A stretch of DNA of 64,000 nt from Halarcobacter sp. (GTDB lineage Bacteria; Campylobacterota; Campylobacteria; Campylobacterales; Arcobacteraceae): NCBI GenBank assembly GCA_963676565.1, contig OY781089.1, positions 2,752,001-2,816,000 of the forward strand. Direction: 5' to 3'. Shown here piece by piece: positions 1-8,443 of the stretch. The translations under genes were made by a program, and so were the position numbers. The notes under the pieces were generated by a model. It made no database searches and was not told the origin of the DNA. It saw nothing but the letters and a program-made list of their open reading frames with translations. Position 1 is the first letter of the stretch, and each line of letters begins with the position of its first letter.

Positions 1-370
1 CTAAATGTGGTATCAAAGATTCATCAGCTTTTTCTTTTTTACCTGGCCAAATCCAAATAAATCCATATTTTTCAACAACTGGAAAATATCCTAAACATGG
101 TATCTTTTTAGGGTCTTGTCCAGGCATTTCAATAATTTTTCCCTTGCACCCAGCTTTTAAACCATGATATCCACAAACAAGGTCGCCATTTTCTATATAA
201 CCTAAAGACATTGCCGCACCTCTATGGGTACAAAAATCTTCTAAGGCTACAACTTTACCCTCATTATTTCTATAAAAAACTATGTTGGAAAGACATACCT
301 CTCTTGCAAAAGGTTTATCTTGAATCTCTTCTGATGTAGCTGCTACATACCATGCATTTTTTGGAAACAT
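1..370 (-). CDS. vanA: Vanillate O-demethylase oxygenase subunit (Rieske), 5' part; runs off window edge; not in ORF track
   Basis: Manual translation from ATG at 370: MFPKNAWYVAATSEEIQDKPFAREV...EDFCTHRGAAMSLG...CGYHGL...EKYGFIWIWPG. Rieske CxH...CxxH motif and VanA-like N-terminus; SD AAGGA upstream. Confidence 0.85.
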   Translation of the reverse strand, partial: MFPKNAWYVAATSEEIQDKPFAREVCLSNIVFYRNNEGKVVALEDFCTHRGAAMSLGYIENGDLVCGYHGLKAGCKGKIIEMPGQDPKKIPCLGYFPVVEKYGFIWIWPGKKEKADESLIPHL

Positions 371-372
371 AT

Positions 373-1086
373 TTATCCTTTCAAATTTTTTTGATACCAT
401 GAACTTATAGCTTTTGCAACAAGTTTAGGTTGTTCACATGGAGCCATATGACTCGCATTTTCAATTACTACTAAATCACTTTCGTTTAGATACTCTTGCA
501 TCTTTTCATGTTGAGAAATGGGACTCCATTTATCTTCTGTAGCACTTAAAAGTAGAACAGGAACTTCTACATTAGGTAAAACTTCCCTAGCATCAGGTCT
601 ATTTAGAAGTGCATTTATTTGTTTGCTAAACTCTTCTTTGTTATAAGTTCTAACCATACTTTCAAGTTTAGACATCAATTCTTTATTTGATAATCCTTGA
701 TTACCCATCATTGGTGGAAGCCATTGTTTTAAAACTGAATCAATCCCTTCTTTATCAGCAAGATCAAGAAGCTTTTGTCTTCCAGGAACTTCTGCATCAC
801 TTTTTGGATTAACACCTGTATTAAATAGTCCTAAACCTTTTACTCTTTTTGGGTCTTTATTATAAACCTCAAGGGCAACTCTTCCACCCATAGAGTGTCC
901 TATTAAAATAAAGTTTTCAGGTGATCCAGCTAAAACCTTTTTTGCCATAGATTCAATAGAGTCATACCCTTTAAATGAAATCATAGTAATATCAAAACTA
1001 TCTTCTAACTCTTTTTGGATATCTTCCCAAACTGTTTTATCACATAAAAGTCCTGATAGAAATACAATTGAATCTTTAGATTTCAT
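373..1086 (-). CDS. Alpha/beta-fold hydrolase (PcaD/esterase-like)
   Basis: GHSMGG nucleophile elbow, C-terminal D...H (SHMAPCE); start placed at the second Met, downstream of SD AGGA. Confidence 0.8.
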   Translation of the reverse strand: MKSKDSIVFLSGLLCDKTVWEDIQKELEDSFDITMISFKGYDSIESMAKKVLAGSPENFILIGHSMGGRVALEVYNKDPKRVKGLGLFNTGVNPKSDAEVPGRQKLLDLADKEGIDSVLKQWLPPMMGNQGLSNKELMSKLESMVRTYNKEEFSKQINALLNRPDAREVLPNVEVPVLLLSATEDKWSPISQHEKMQEYLNESDLVVIENASHMAPCEQPKLVAKAISSWYQKNLKG

Positions 1087-1095
1087 AATCAAATC

Positions 1096-2136
1096 CTATT
1101 TTGTATTTGCATTAATAGCTTTTCTTGCTTCTTTTACAAGTTTTTCACCATCAATGCCTTTTTCTTTAACTTCATTAATCCACTTTTGAACAACTCTTTG
1201 ACCAGCTTGGTCAAACTCTTTCATCGATTCTTCACTTAATGCAGTAACATCTGAATCTTTTGAAGATTTTTGTTTTTCAATTCCTGGTTTTTCAAAATCC
1301 ATCCATAATTGACCAGCTTTTTTAACCATTTCCATATCTAAACTTTTTTCAACTATATCTTGTAAGTCTTTTGGCATAGAATTAAATTTATCTTTATTCA
1401 TTAGCATGATAAATACTGATGTTCCAAATCTAGAATCATTTGGTCCAACAATTGAATGTTTAGTTAAGTTATGAATTTTAAATGCAGGGAAAATCTCAAA
1501 AGGAACCAATGCTCCATCAACTGCATTTTTTGATAAAGCTTGAGGTAGTGTTGGTAATGGCATACCAACTGGTTCTGCACCAAACTCTTCAATTAACCAA
1601 CCTCCAGTTCTTGATGGAGTTCTTAGTTTTAATCCTTTTAAATCTTCAAGTGATTTAACCTCTTTTTGTGTTGTATGAATTGCATTACCAGCATGCACAT
1701 AAACTAACAAAGGTTTTACATCTTTATAATCATCTTTGATTAGATCAAACTTCTCTTTTATTGCAATTGATGTAGCTAAAGATGAACCTTGATGAACAGT
1801 TGGAAGTTCAAAAACCTCAGTTCTAGGAAAAACTCCTGGTGTATAACCAGCTAATGTCCAAATTATATCAACTGACCCATCTCTTGCTTGCTTGTAAAGT
1901 TCAGTGGGTTTTCCTCCAAGTGTCATTGAAGGGAATACTTCAACTTTAATTCTTCCATTAGACATCTCTTCAACTTTTTTAGCCCAAGGCATAAGTAACT
2001 TTGTATGAGTTGGAGCTTTTGGACTATGTAAATGATGTAAAATCAACTTAATAGGTTTTTCATTTGCATATAAACTACTTGCAAATACTGCAATCCCCAT
2101 AACCGTTCCTAAAATCTTCATCTTTATATTTGTCAT
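1096..2136 (-). CDS. dctP: TRAP transporter substrate-binding protein (orphan DctP paralog)
   Basis: Signal peptide, DLKGLKLR motif, strong similarity to 8444..9472. Confidence 0.88.
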   Translation of the reverse strand: MTNIKMKILGTVMGIAVFASSLYANEKPIKLILHHLHSPKAPTHTKLLMPWAKKVEEMSNGRIKVEVFPSMTLGGKPTELYKQARDGSVDIIWTLAGYTPGVFPRTEVFELPTVHQGSSLATSIAIKEKFDLIKDDYKDVKPLLVYVHAGNAIHTTQKEVKSLEDLKGLKLRTPSRTGGWLIEEFGAEPVGMPLPTLPQALSKNAVDGALVPFEIFPAFKIHNLTKHSIVGPNDSRFGTSVFIMLMNKDKFNSMPKDLQDIVEKSLDMEMVKKAGQLWMDFEKPGIEKQKSSKDSDVTALSEESMKEFDQAGQRVVQKWINEVKEKGIDGEKLVKEARKAINANTK

Positions 2137-2151
2137 CTTTTATCCTTTATT

Positions 2152-4020
2152 TTATAAGAATATATTTTTAAAATAATTCTCTAAATCATTAGTTGCATCT
2201 AATGGCAAGATATCTGCTATATGTTGGTCTGGTCTAACTATTAATATGCACCCTTTATCTTTGTCAACACCCCTTAAATCGAAAATATTCTCTCCTTCTT
2301 TATAATTTGGACAATATGCTTTTTCATAATCTTTTAATCCATATACACCAATAGCAGGTCTTAAAAGTGATGGAATCTCTTCAAACTCAATCTCTTGATG
2401 AACTTGTTGGAAGATTCCATATGTATCAATAACTGAATCTAAAGCATCACCTTTTTTAGTATGTTTTAAAATTGGTGAATTCGGATTATTTTCTAGATAA
2501 TCACAAAGTTTATAAACTGCTGAATTTTTATCGTTTGGATTTGATCTATCATTAAAAATATATAATTTAAATCTAGTATCAATTTTAATAGTCTCTAAAA
2601 GTTCTATCTTTTTGGCATCTGCTAATCTTATAACTGGTGCACTATGTAATCTTTCCCCTACTTCAAAACCACTTGCTAATATTTGATGAGTTCCTTTTCC
2701 TGTTAAAATTGATGGCTGATATTTAACTGTTAAACCAGCAGTGAATCTTCCACCTTCAATAAAGTGACTTTTTACATTTACTGCTTTGTTATCAATAGGA
2801 GCACTCATAACTCTTGCCCATTTATGGTCATAATCAATTAAACCTTGTGCAGCTAATTGTCTTTCATCTGAATATGTATGTAATAATGAAGCATCACATT
2901 TACCTAATAAAACAGAAGCTAGTTTCCATCCTAAGTTAAATGTATCACCCATAGAAACATTCATACCTTGACCTGCCTTTGCACTATGAGTGTGGCAAGC
3001 ATCTCCTGCAATAAAAACATGGGGATTAGAATCACCTGTTAAATTTGCTTCAACATCATCAAATCTATCTGTTACACTATGACCAACTTCATATACAGAC
3101 CACCATGCAGTTTCTTGAACATCAAAAGAATAAGGAGCAAAAATTTCACTTGCAGCTTCTTTTAATCTATCTAAAGTGATTTTTTTACTATCTCCTCTAT
3201 TTTCTAATTTATCAAGTTCAACATATATTCTTGTTAGTTGTCCACCTTCTCTTGGAATTAAAAGAATATTTCCTTTCGAAGATTTGATAATATTTTTAAA
3301 TCTTAAATCAGGAAAATTGGTTTTAACTAAAACATCCATAACTCCCCATGCTTGACCTTCTCTATCCCCATGAAGTTCTCCACCAATTGCACTTCTTACT
3401 ATACTTCTTGCACCATCACAACCAGCTAGGTATTTAGTTTTTACAGTTTTTTCTTCCCCCTTACAATCAATAGTAACAACTACTGGATACTCTCTATCGC
3501 TTTTATCAAAATCAACAGAAACTAAAGAATGAGAATAATCTACTTCTAATCTTGTTGGAGAGTTTTTCATAACTTCCATGTATAAATCATGGATTCGACC
3601 TTGGTTAAGTACGGTATGAGGCATGTAAGAGATACCATCTTTTACATCTTGCACCTTAGCATCTCTAATAATTTTATTAGAGTTACTTGAATCAGGTTTC
3701 CAAAAATGAGTCTCATTTACCCAATATGCTTCTTTTAAAACTTTTTCGGCAAATCCAAATGCTTCAAACATCTCCATAGACCTACAAGATACACCATCAG
3801 CTTGACCTAGATACATAGGTTCATCTTTTCGCTCAACTAATCTAGTTTTAATCTCTGGAAACTGAGCTAACTGTGCAGCTAAAGTTAATCCCGCAGGACC
3901 TGAACCAATTATTAAAACATCCAATTTTTCTGGAAGTTCACCTTGCTCTCCTTCAAACCCTTTTGCTACTTTTTGAATCTCTGGATTTCCTCTATGAAAA
4001 CCGTTTACATGAAATTGCAT
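2152..4020 (-). CDS. FAD-dependent phenol hydroxylase family monooxygenase, 3-hydroxybenzoate 4-hydroxylase (Comamonas MobA)-like
   Basis: N-terminus MQFHVNGFHRGNP resembles MobA; GSGPAGL, GCDGARS and GDACHTHSAKAGQGMN motifs; C-terminal thioredoxin-like domain (VRPDQHIA). Start placed at 4020 with SD GGGAG; the 4047 start lies inside a repeat. Confidence 0.85.
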   Translation of the reverse strand: MQFHVNGFHRGNPEIQKVAKGFEGEQGELPEKLDVLIIGSGPAGLTLAAQLAQFPEIKTRLVERKDEPMYLGQADGVSCRSMEMFEAFGFAEKVLKEAYWVNETHFWKPDSSNSNKIIRDAKVQDVKDGISYMPHTVLNQGRIHDLYMEVMKNSPTRLEVDYSHSLVSVDFDKSDREYPVVVTIDCKGEEKTVKTKYLAGCDGARSIVRSAIGGELHGDREGQAWGVMDVLVKTNFPDLRFKNIIKSSKGNILLIPREGGQLTRIYVELDKLENRGDSKKITLDRLKEAASEIFAPYSFDVQETAWWSVYEVGHSVTDRFDDVEANLTGDSNPHVFIAGDACHTHSAKAGQGMNVSMGDTFNLGWKLASVLLGKCDASLLHTYSDERQLAAQGLIDYDHKWARVMSAPIDNKAVNVKSHFIEGGRFTAGLTVKYQPSILTGKGTHQILASGFEVGERLHSAPVIRLADAKKIELLETIKIDTRFKLYIFNDRSNPNDKNSAVYKLCDYLENNPNSPILKHTKKGDALDSVIDTYGIFQQVHQEIEFEEIPSLLRPAIGVYGLKDYEKAYCPNYKEGENIFDLRGVDKDKGCILIVRPDQHIADILPLDATNDLENYFKNIFL

Positions 4021-4029
4021 TATCTTCTC

Positions 4030-4144
4030 CCTTTTAAAATGTCCCATGTTAAAAGGGACTCTACTTTTTTAACTACTTTTATCCGATTGAGTAAATCAAT
4101 CGTAAAGTAGCAAACCCTAAAGAAGGCAACGAGTTACCTTTCTT
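4030..4144 (-). repeat. Structured ~110-nt dispersed element, copy A (three hairpins)
   Basis: Colinear with 48367..48478. Stems gtccc/gggac, ctacttt/aaagtag and cgattga/tcaatcg, plus a CUCG-loop hairpin on the minus strand. Confidence 0.85.
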
Positions 4145-4147
4145 TTT

Positions 4148-4163
4148 TGTTGTATATACAACA
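4148..4163. promoter_or_regulatory. Perfect 16-bp palindrome, probable MarR operator
   Basis: TGTTGTATATACAACA just downstream of the hydroxylase -10, between the divergent hydroxylase and MarR genes. Confidence 0.65.
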
Positions 4164-4173
4164 CGTTATGAAA

Positions 4174-4250
4174 ATACTAACATCTTAAATTTTAAAGTAC
4201 GCTTAACGAACATAAGTTCTTTTTAAGGAAAAATAGCATCAACATAGCAT
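4174..4250 (-). promoter_or_regulatory. Promoter cassette copy 1: ATGCTA direct repeats, GTNCG-N5-CGNAC box, extended -10
   Basis: Box GTTCGTTAAGCGTAC at 4197..4211; TGtTAGTAT 17 nt downstream; repeats at 4234 and 4245. Confidence 0.75.
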
Positions 4251-4325
4251 TTTTAGAATTAAACAAAGAACTTTAATTTCTTTTAAGAATGTATATGTAA
4301 AAGTTTCGTTTTTAAAAGGATTTTA

Positions 4326-4748
4326 ATGACATCAAAATTAGGCAAATCTGTTGGTATTGTTGTAACAAATACTGCAGTTTTATTAAATAGTTCTATAAAC
4401 AAAAAACTTCAACCATTTGGTATAGCAATAGAACAAAGAGCAATACTAGAGATAATTATGAATAAAGGTAGTTTAAAACAATCAGAATTGACAACTATTT
4501 TATGTAGAGATAGAACGACAATATCTAGGACACTTAAAACTTTAGAAAACAAAGACTATATAAAAAAAGAAAAAATAGATAATAAAGTGTTTATTATTAG
4601 ATTAAGTGAAAAAGGTATTGATGTTATGGAAAAAACTCAAGATATAGTAAATGAATTTAGAAGTAAAATTTTATCAAATTTCACAGAAGAAGAGATTGAG
4701 AATTTATACACATATTTAGAAAAGATTCAAGATATTGTAAAAGAATAA
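4326..4748 (+). CDS. MarR family transcriptional regulator (MobR-like position)
   Basis: Winged-helix pattern QSELT...DRTTISRTLKTLENKDYI...LSEKG; divergent from the hydroxylase. Confidence 0.88.
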   Translation: MTSKLGKSVGIVVTNTAVLLNSSINKKLQPFGIAIEQRAILEIIMNKGSLKQSELTTILCRDRTTISRTLKTLENKDYIKKEKIDNKVFIIRLSEKGIDVMEKTQDIVNEFRSKILSNFTEEEIENLYTYLEKIQDIVKE

Positions 4749-4773
4749 AGACAAGAAGACTTGTCCTATTCTT
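4741..4773. terminator. Hairpin between convergent marR and porin genes
   Basis: aagaata-aa-gacaag / cttgtc-c-tattctt. Confidence 0.5.
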
Positions 4774-4783
4774 TTATTAGATA

Positions 4784-6091
4784 CTAAAATTTATAAGTTA
4801 AATATAGTTTAGCTATATCCATAGTATCATCATCATTTGCTGGTAAATCTAAATCAACATGAGCTAATTGTAATCTTGCAGATAAACCATCTAATGCACC
4901 TTTAAATTTATATCTTAAATCAGCTTGGATTTCAGATGCTCCATCCATATTAGTCCCAGATACTATTTGTCCCTTTTCACTTTGAGAATATGAAGAGAAT
5001 GCAAATAATGTAAATACATTAGGAATAATTTTTGGAATAACCATTAAAGAAGTTGAAGTCATACCTGCATAAATGTTATCTGTAAACATTTGTCCACCAT
5101 TATATTTAAAGAAATGTGGAACATGTCCTAAGGCACCTAAGAAAGAGTTATCATCAGATACTTTTGTATATGCAATTTTAAATGCTGTATCAAATACTTT
5201 ACCACCTAGTTTTACTCCATACAATGTTGTTTCACCTTTTCCACCATTTGTTGTTTCATTTGTTGCTCCAATTGCTACATCACCATCATAATCTGTTCCT
5301 GCATAATATGCTCCAATTGATAAAGGCATATCTACTGGTAATTTATAATCACCTTGTACAAAATATGTAGAATATGAATCATTAGTTGCTCTTGGTGCAT
5401 CTAAAGGATTTCCAATATCATCATTTACTGCTAAATATTGACCTTCTAAAGTCAAATTTGGAATTGATGTATTTTTTACATATAAAGATAATGTTGGATC
5501 ACTAAAATGTGTTTTTCTTGCATCATTAGTTGTATTATATCTTTCAATCCAATCTTTAATTACATATGCTCTAATCTCTGTATTTCCAATATCTTTAGAA
5601 ACTACAGATAAAGCATGAAATGTATCTTTTAATGGATTTGAGTTTGATACTGCAATTAAAGGAGTAACAATACCTTGTCTACCAACTTTTACTTCAGTTT
5701 GTGCAAAATTATATTGTAAGTTTGCAATATATAACATTGATCCTTCTTGAGTAATTCTTCCTTCACCCTCTTGATTCCATGGAGCACCTGTTCCTTCTGC
5801 ACCTGATTGCTCTATTTCTAAGCTTCTTGCATGTTGAAAACCAACATTTGCTTTAAACCCATAAAAATCACCTGTAGTGTAGTTTAATTGTAAAGCTACT
5901 GCTGAAGAGTTAGCATTTCTGTATGGTCCTACTAAAGTTGAATTAACATCAGAAGCCATAACTGTCATATTTCTAATCTCACCAGAAACTTTTCCCCCTG
6001 ATAATGCTTCTACTAAAGAACCTGCGTTTGCACTTATCCCTAATGCACTAACTGCTGCTAATGCTAAACTTACTTTTTTAACGTTGAACAT
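4784..6091 (-). CDS. OprD/Campylobacterota-type outer membrane porin
   Basis: Signal peptide from ATG 6091 (SD AGGGG), VSGEIR N-terminus, C-terminal YLTYKF beta signal. Confidence 0.8.
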   Translation of the reverse strand: MFNVKKVSLALAAVSALGISANAGSLVEALSGGKVSGEIRNMTVMASDVNSTLVGPYRNANSSAVALQLNYTTGDFYGFKANVGFQHARSLEIEQSGAEGTGAPWNQEGEGRITQEGSMLYIANLQYNFAQTEVKVGRQGIVTPLIAVSNSNPLKDTFHALSVVSKDIGNTEIRAYVIKDWIERYNTTNDARKTHFSDPTLSLYVKNTSIPNLTLEGQYLAVNDDIGNPLDAPRATNDSYSTYFVQGDYKLPVDMPLSIGAYYAGTDYDGDVAIGATNETTNGGKGETTLYGVKLGGKVFDTAFKIAYTKVSDDNSFLGALGHVPHFFKYNGGQMFTDNIYAGMTSTSLMVIPKIIPNVFTLFAFSSYSQSEKGQIVSGTNMDGASEIQADLRYKFKGALDGLSARLQLAHVDLDLPANDDDTMDIAKLYLTYKF

Positions 6092-6132
6092 AAAATTTCC
6101 CCTTGTTTTATTTTTTGAACACTTGTTCGATA

Positions 6133-6209
6133 ACTTTAACAATAGTTTTTTTAAAGTTCGCTTAACGGACATAAGTTCTTTTTAAGTAAACATAGCATTT
6201 ACGTAGCAT
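6133..6209 (-). promoter_or_regulatory. Promoter cassette copy 2 (porin)
   Basis: Box GTCCGTTAAGCGAAC at 6156..6170; TGtTAAAGT 17 nt downstream; repeats at 6193 and 6204. Confidence 0.75.
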
Positions 6210-6468
6210 TTTAAATAAAATGATATTATTTACTATTTTTTCAATAATTTAGTAATTCAAAAAACAGCATAAAAGCCCATATTTTAGGGTATTATAAATA
6301 GAGTTGATTGAAAAAAAATGTTAGTTTTTATTTTTTTAATTTTTGATTTTTTTTGATAAATTTAAAGATTTTTTTGGAAAAACAAACAAGTGTTCGTTTT
6401 ATTTTTGAAGTTTTTTTATAATAATACTTAATATTAGTATTATTTTATCTCATTTTTGTTTATTATTT

Positions 6469-6500
6469 ACAGTATAAGTTTAAACATAAACTTATACTGT
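6469..6500 (-). terminator. Hairpin after lig-TRAP operon
   Basis: Perfect 14-bp stem acagtataagttta / taaacttatactgt. Confidence 0.65.
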
Positions 6501-6509
6501 TCTAAATAT

Positions 6510-7907
6510 CTATCCAGCTAAAAAATGTGGCATGAATAATACTATCATAGGTAATAGCAATAAAACTCCAATTCTCACTATTTCTGCTAGTAAAAATGGA
6601 ATAACTCCAATAAATGTCTCATTCATTGGTACATTTTTTGCTACTTTTGAAATAATGAATACATTTAAACCAACAGGAGGTGTAATAAGACCTAATTCAA
6701 CGGATATGAGGGCAAGAATCCCAAACCATATTTTTAAATCTTCATTGTCCATTCCAAAACCAGCAGTTGATGCTGTTACGTACTCCCCACCATTTAGTGT
6801 GATTAATACAGGCCATATAAATGGAATAACGACAAGAATCATTGCCATTGAATCCATGAAAAATCCAAGAATCAAAAATATTAATAAGATCAATATTAAT
6901 ATAAGCCAAACATTCATATCAAGTGTTGATGTCCACTCTGCGATTCCTTGAGGAAGACCAGATCTTGTAAAAAAACCTTTTAAAACTTCTGCTCCAAACA
7001 AAATGAAATAAATCATTGCACTTGTAACACCAGTTTCTAAAATACTCGTTTTTAATCTTGAAATAGTTAAGCCTTCACCTTTACCCTTTTTAATTCTTAA
7101 ATATACTCCATACATTGCAATAATAAAAACACCAGCAGCAGCTGCTGGAGTAGGAGTAAATAATCCTAAGCCAAGACCTAGAATAATTGAACCAAAGGTT
7201 AAAACAACGGGAACTAATCCCCTTAGTGCTTTATTTCTTTCCTCTTTACTTAATGGTTTTGAAAGAGGTGCTAATTCAGGTTTTAATCTAACTTGAATAA
7301 CAATTACCATAATAAAAAACAATACTGCTAATAAACCTGGCAAGATTGCTGCTTGGAACATCTCAATAATTGAAGCCTCAACTACAATTGAATATAAAAT
7401 TAAAGCAATTGATGGTGGAATTAATATTCCAAGTGTTCCACCTGCTGCTAATGTTCCAGTTGCAAGTCTAGGAGAATAATTAAGTTTCTCTAATTCTGGT
7501 AATGCAATTTTTCCCATTGTAGATGCTGTTGCTAATGATGAACCAGAAACTGCTCCAAAACCTGCACAAGCTCCAATTGATGTGATTGCAACTCCACCTT
7601 TAAATCTACCAAGTATTGCGTTCATTCCTGCAAATAAATCTTTTGCAAGCCCAGTATAGTTTGCTAGATATCCCATTAGGATAAATAAAGGGATAACAGA
7701 TAGATTATAATTTGCTAAATTTTCCCATAATAAACTTTTGTATTGCATAATATATGGTTCAAATCTAATATAAGAAATATTTACTGATAATACGTAAGTT
7801 CCTATAATACCAGTAAAAGCCATGGCAAAAGCAACTCTAGCTTTTAATATTAAAAGTAAGAAAAATAAGGCTAAGCCTAATAAACCAATTAATTCTTTCT
7901 CAGCCAT
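6510..7907 (-). CDS. dctM: TRAP transporter large permease
   Basis: GTLGILIPPS and ITPPVGLN motifs; many TM helices. Confidence 0.92.
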   Translation of the reverse strand: MAEKELIGLLGLALFFLLLILKARVAFAMAFTGIIGTYVLSVNISYIRFEPYIMQYKSLLWENLANYNLSVIPLFILMGYLANYTGLAKDLFAGMNAILGRFKGGVAITSIGACAGFGAVSGSSLATASTMGKIALPELEKLNYSPRLATGTLAAGGTLGILIPPSIALILYSIVVEASIIEMFQAAILPGLLAVLFFIMVIVIQVRLKPELAPLSKPLSKEERNKALRGLVPVVLTFGSIILGLGLGLFTPTPAAAAGVFIIAMYGVYLRIKKGKGEGLTISRLKTSILETGVTSAMIYFILFGAEVLKGFFTRSGLPQGIAEWTSTLDMNVWLILILILLIFLILGFFMDSMAMILVVIPFIWPVLITLNGGEYVTASTAGFGMDNEDLKIWFGILALISVELGLITPPVGLNVFIISKVAKNVPMNETFIGVIPFLLAEIVRIGVLLLLPMIVLFMPHFLAG

Positions 7908-8430
7908 CTATTTTTCCTCCTTTATGTAAAAATATTTGGAATGCTAAAACAACTGCCCATAAAGCAAGTGAAATAATCCCTGGTGCATAAAATGGCCATT
8001 CTGGCCAACCTAATGTAACTGAAACTGCACCATCATCATATGATTCAATCATTCCCATAAACATTAGAATTGTTAAAAAAATCACAAAAACTAAAGTACA
8101 AGTTAACCACAACATATCAAAATATTGTTGCACTTTTGGTGAGAATTTATTTGCAAAAAAGTCTACAGCTACATGTCCCCTTTGAGCTTGTGCCCAAGGG
8201 AAAAACATTAAAGCAATACAACTTGTCAATAATCTAACCAAATCCTCATAACCAGAAAGTGCTGATACATTAGAATCAAAAATTCTAGCCACTTTATCTA
8301 AACCAAATGCTGCTATATTAACCACTGTAGTTGTTACTACAATAAAAAGTAAAATACCAGCTAAATAAACCCACCAAAGGCATATTCTTTTTAGCTTCCC
8401 CTCAAAATATAATCTTAATCTAGCTTGCAT
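7900..8430 (-). CDS. dctQ: TRAP transporter small permease
   Basis: Four TM helices, GHVAVD motif, located between dctP and dctM. Confidence 0.9.
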   Translation of the reverse strand: MQARLRLYFEGKLKRICLWWVYLAGILLFIVVTTTVVNIAAFGLDKVARIFDSNVSALSGYEDLVRLLTSCIALMFFPWAQAQRGHVAVDFFANKFSPKVQQYFDMLWLTCTLVFVIFLTILMFMGMIESYDDGAVSVTLGWPEWPFYAPGIISLALWAVVLAFQIFLHKGGKIDG

Positions 8431-8443
8431 TATAAAACCTTAT

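Noticed and set aside
4021..4047. Extended starts MGHFKREKI (4047), MSVKRTL (6172) and MGHLKGYNI (48383)
   Set aside because: These ATGs fall inside the repeat hairpin or the operator cassette; downstream ATGs have SD sequences and family-typical N-termini
4030..4144. Element as a c-di-GMP-I riboswitch or a hammerhead/pistol/HDV ribozyme
   Set aside because: Short words such as GGGAC and GCAAA occur but not in the required order or strand; catalytic consensus motifs are not seen. An Rfam scan is still needed.
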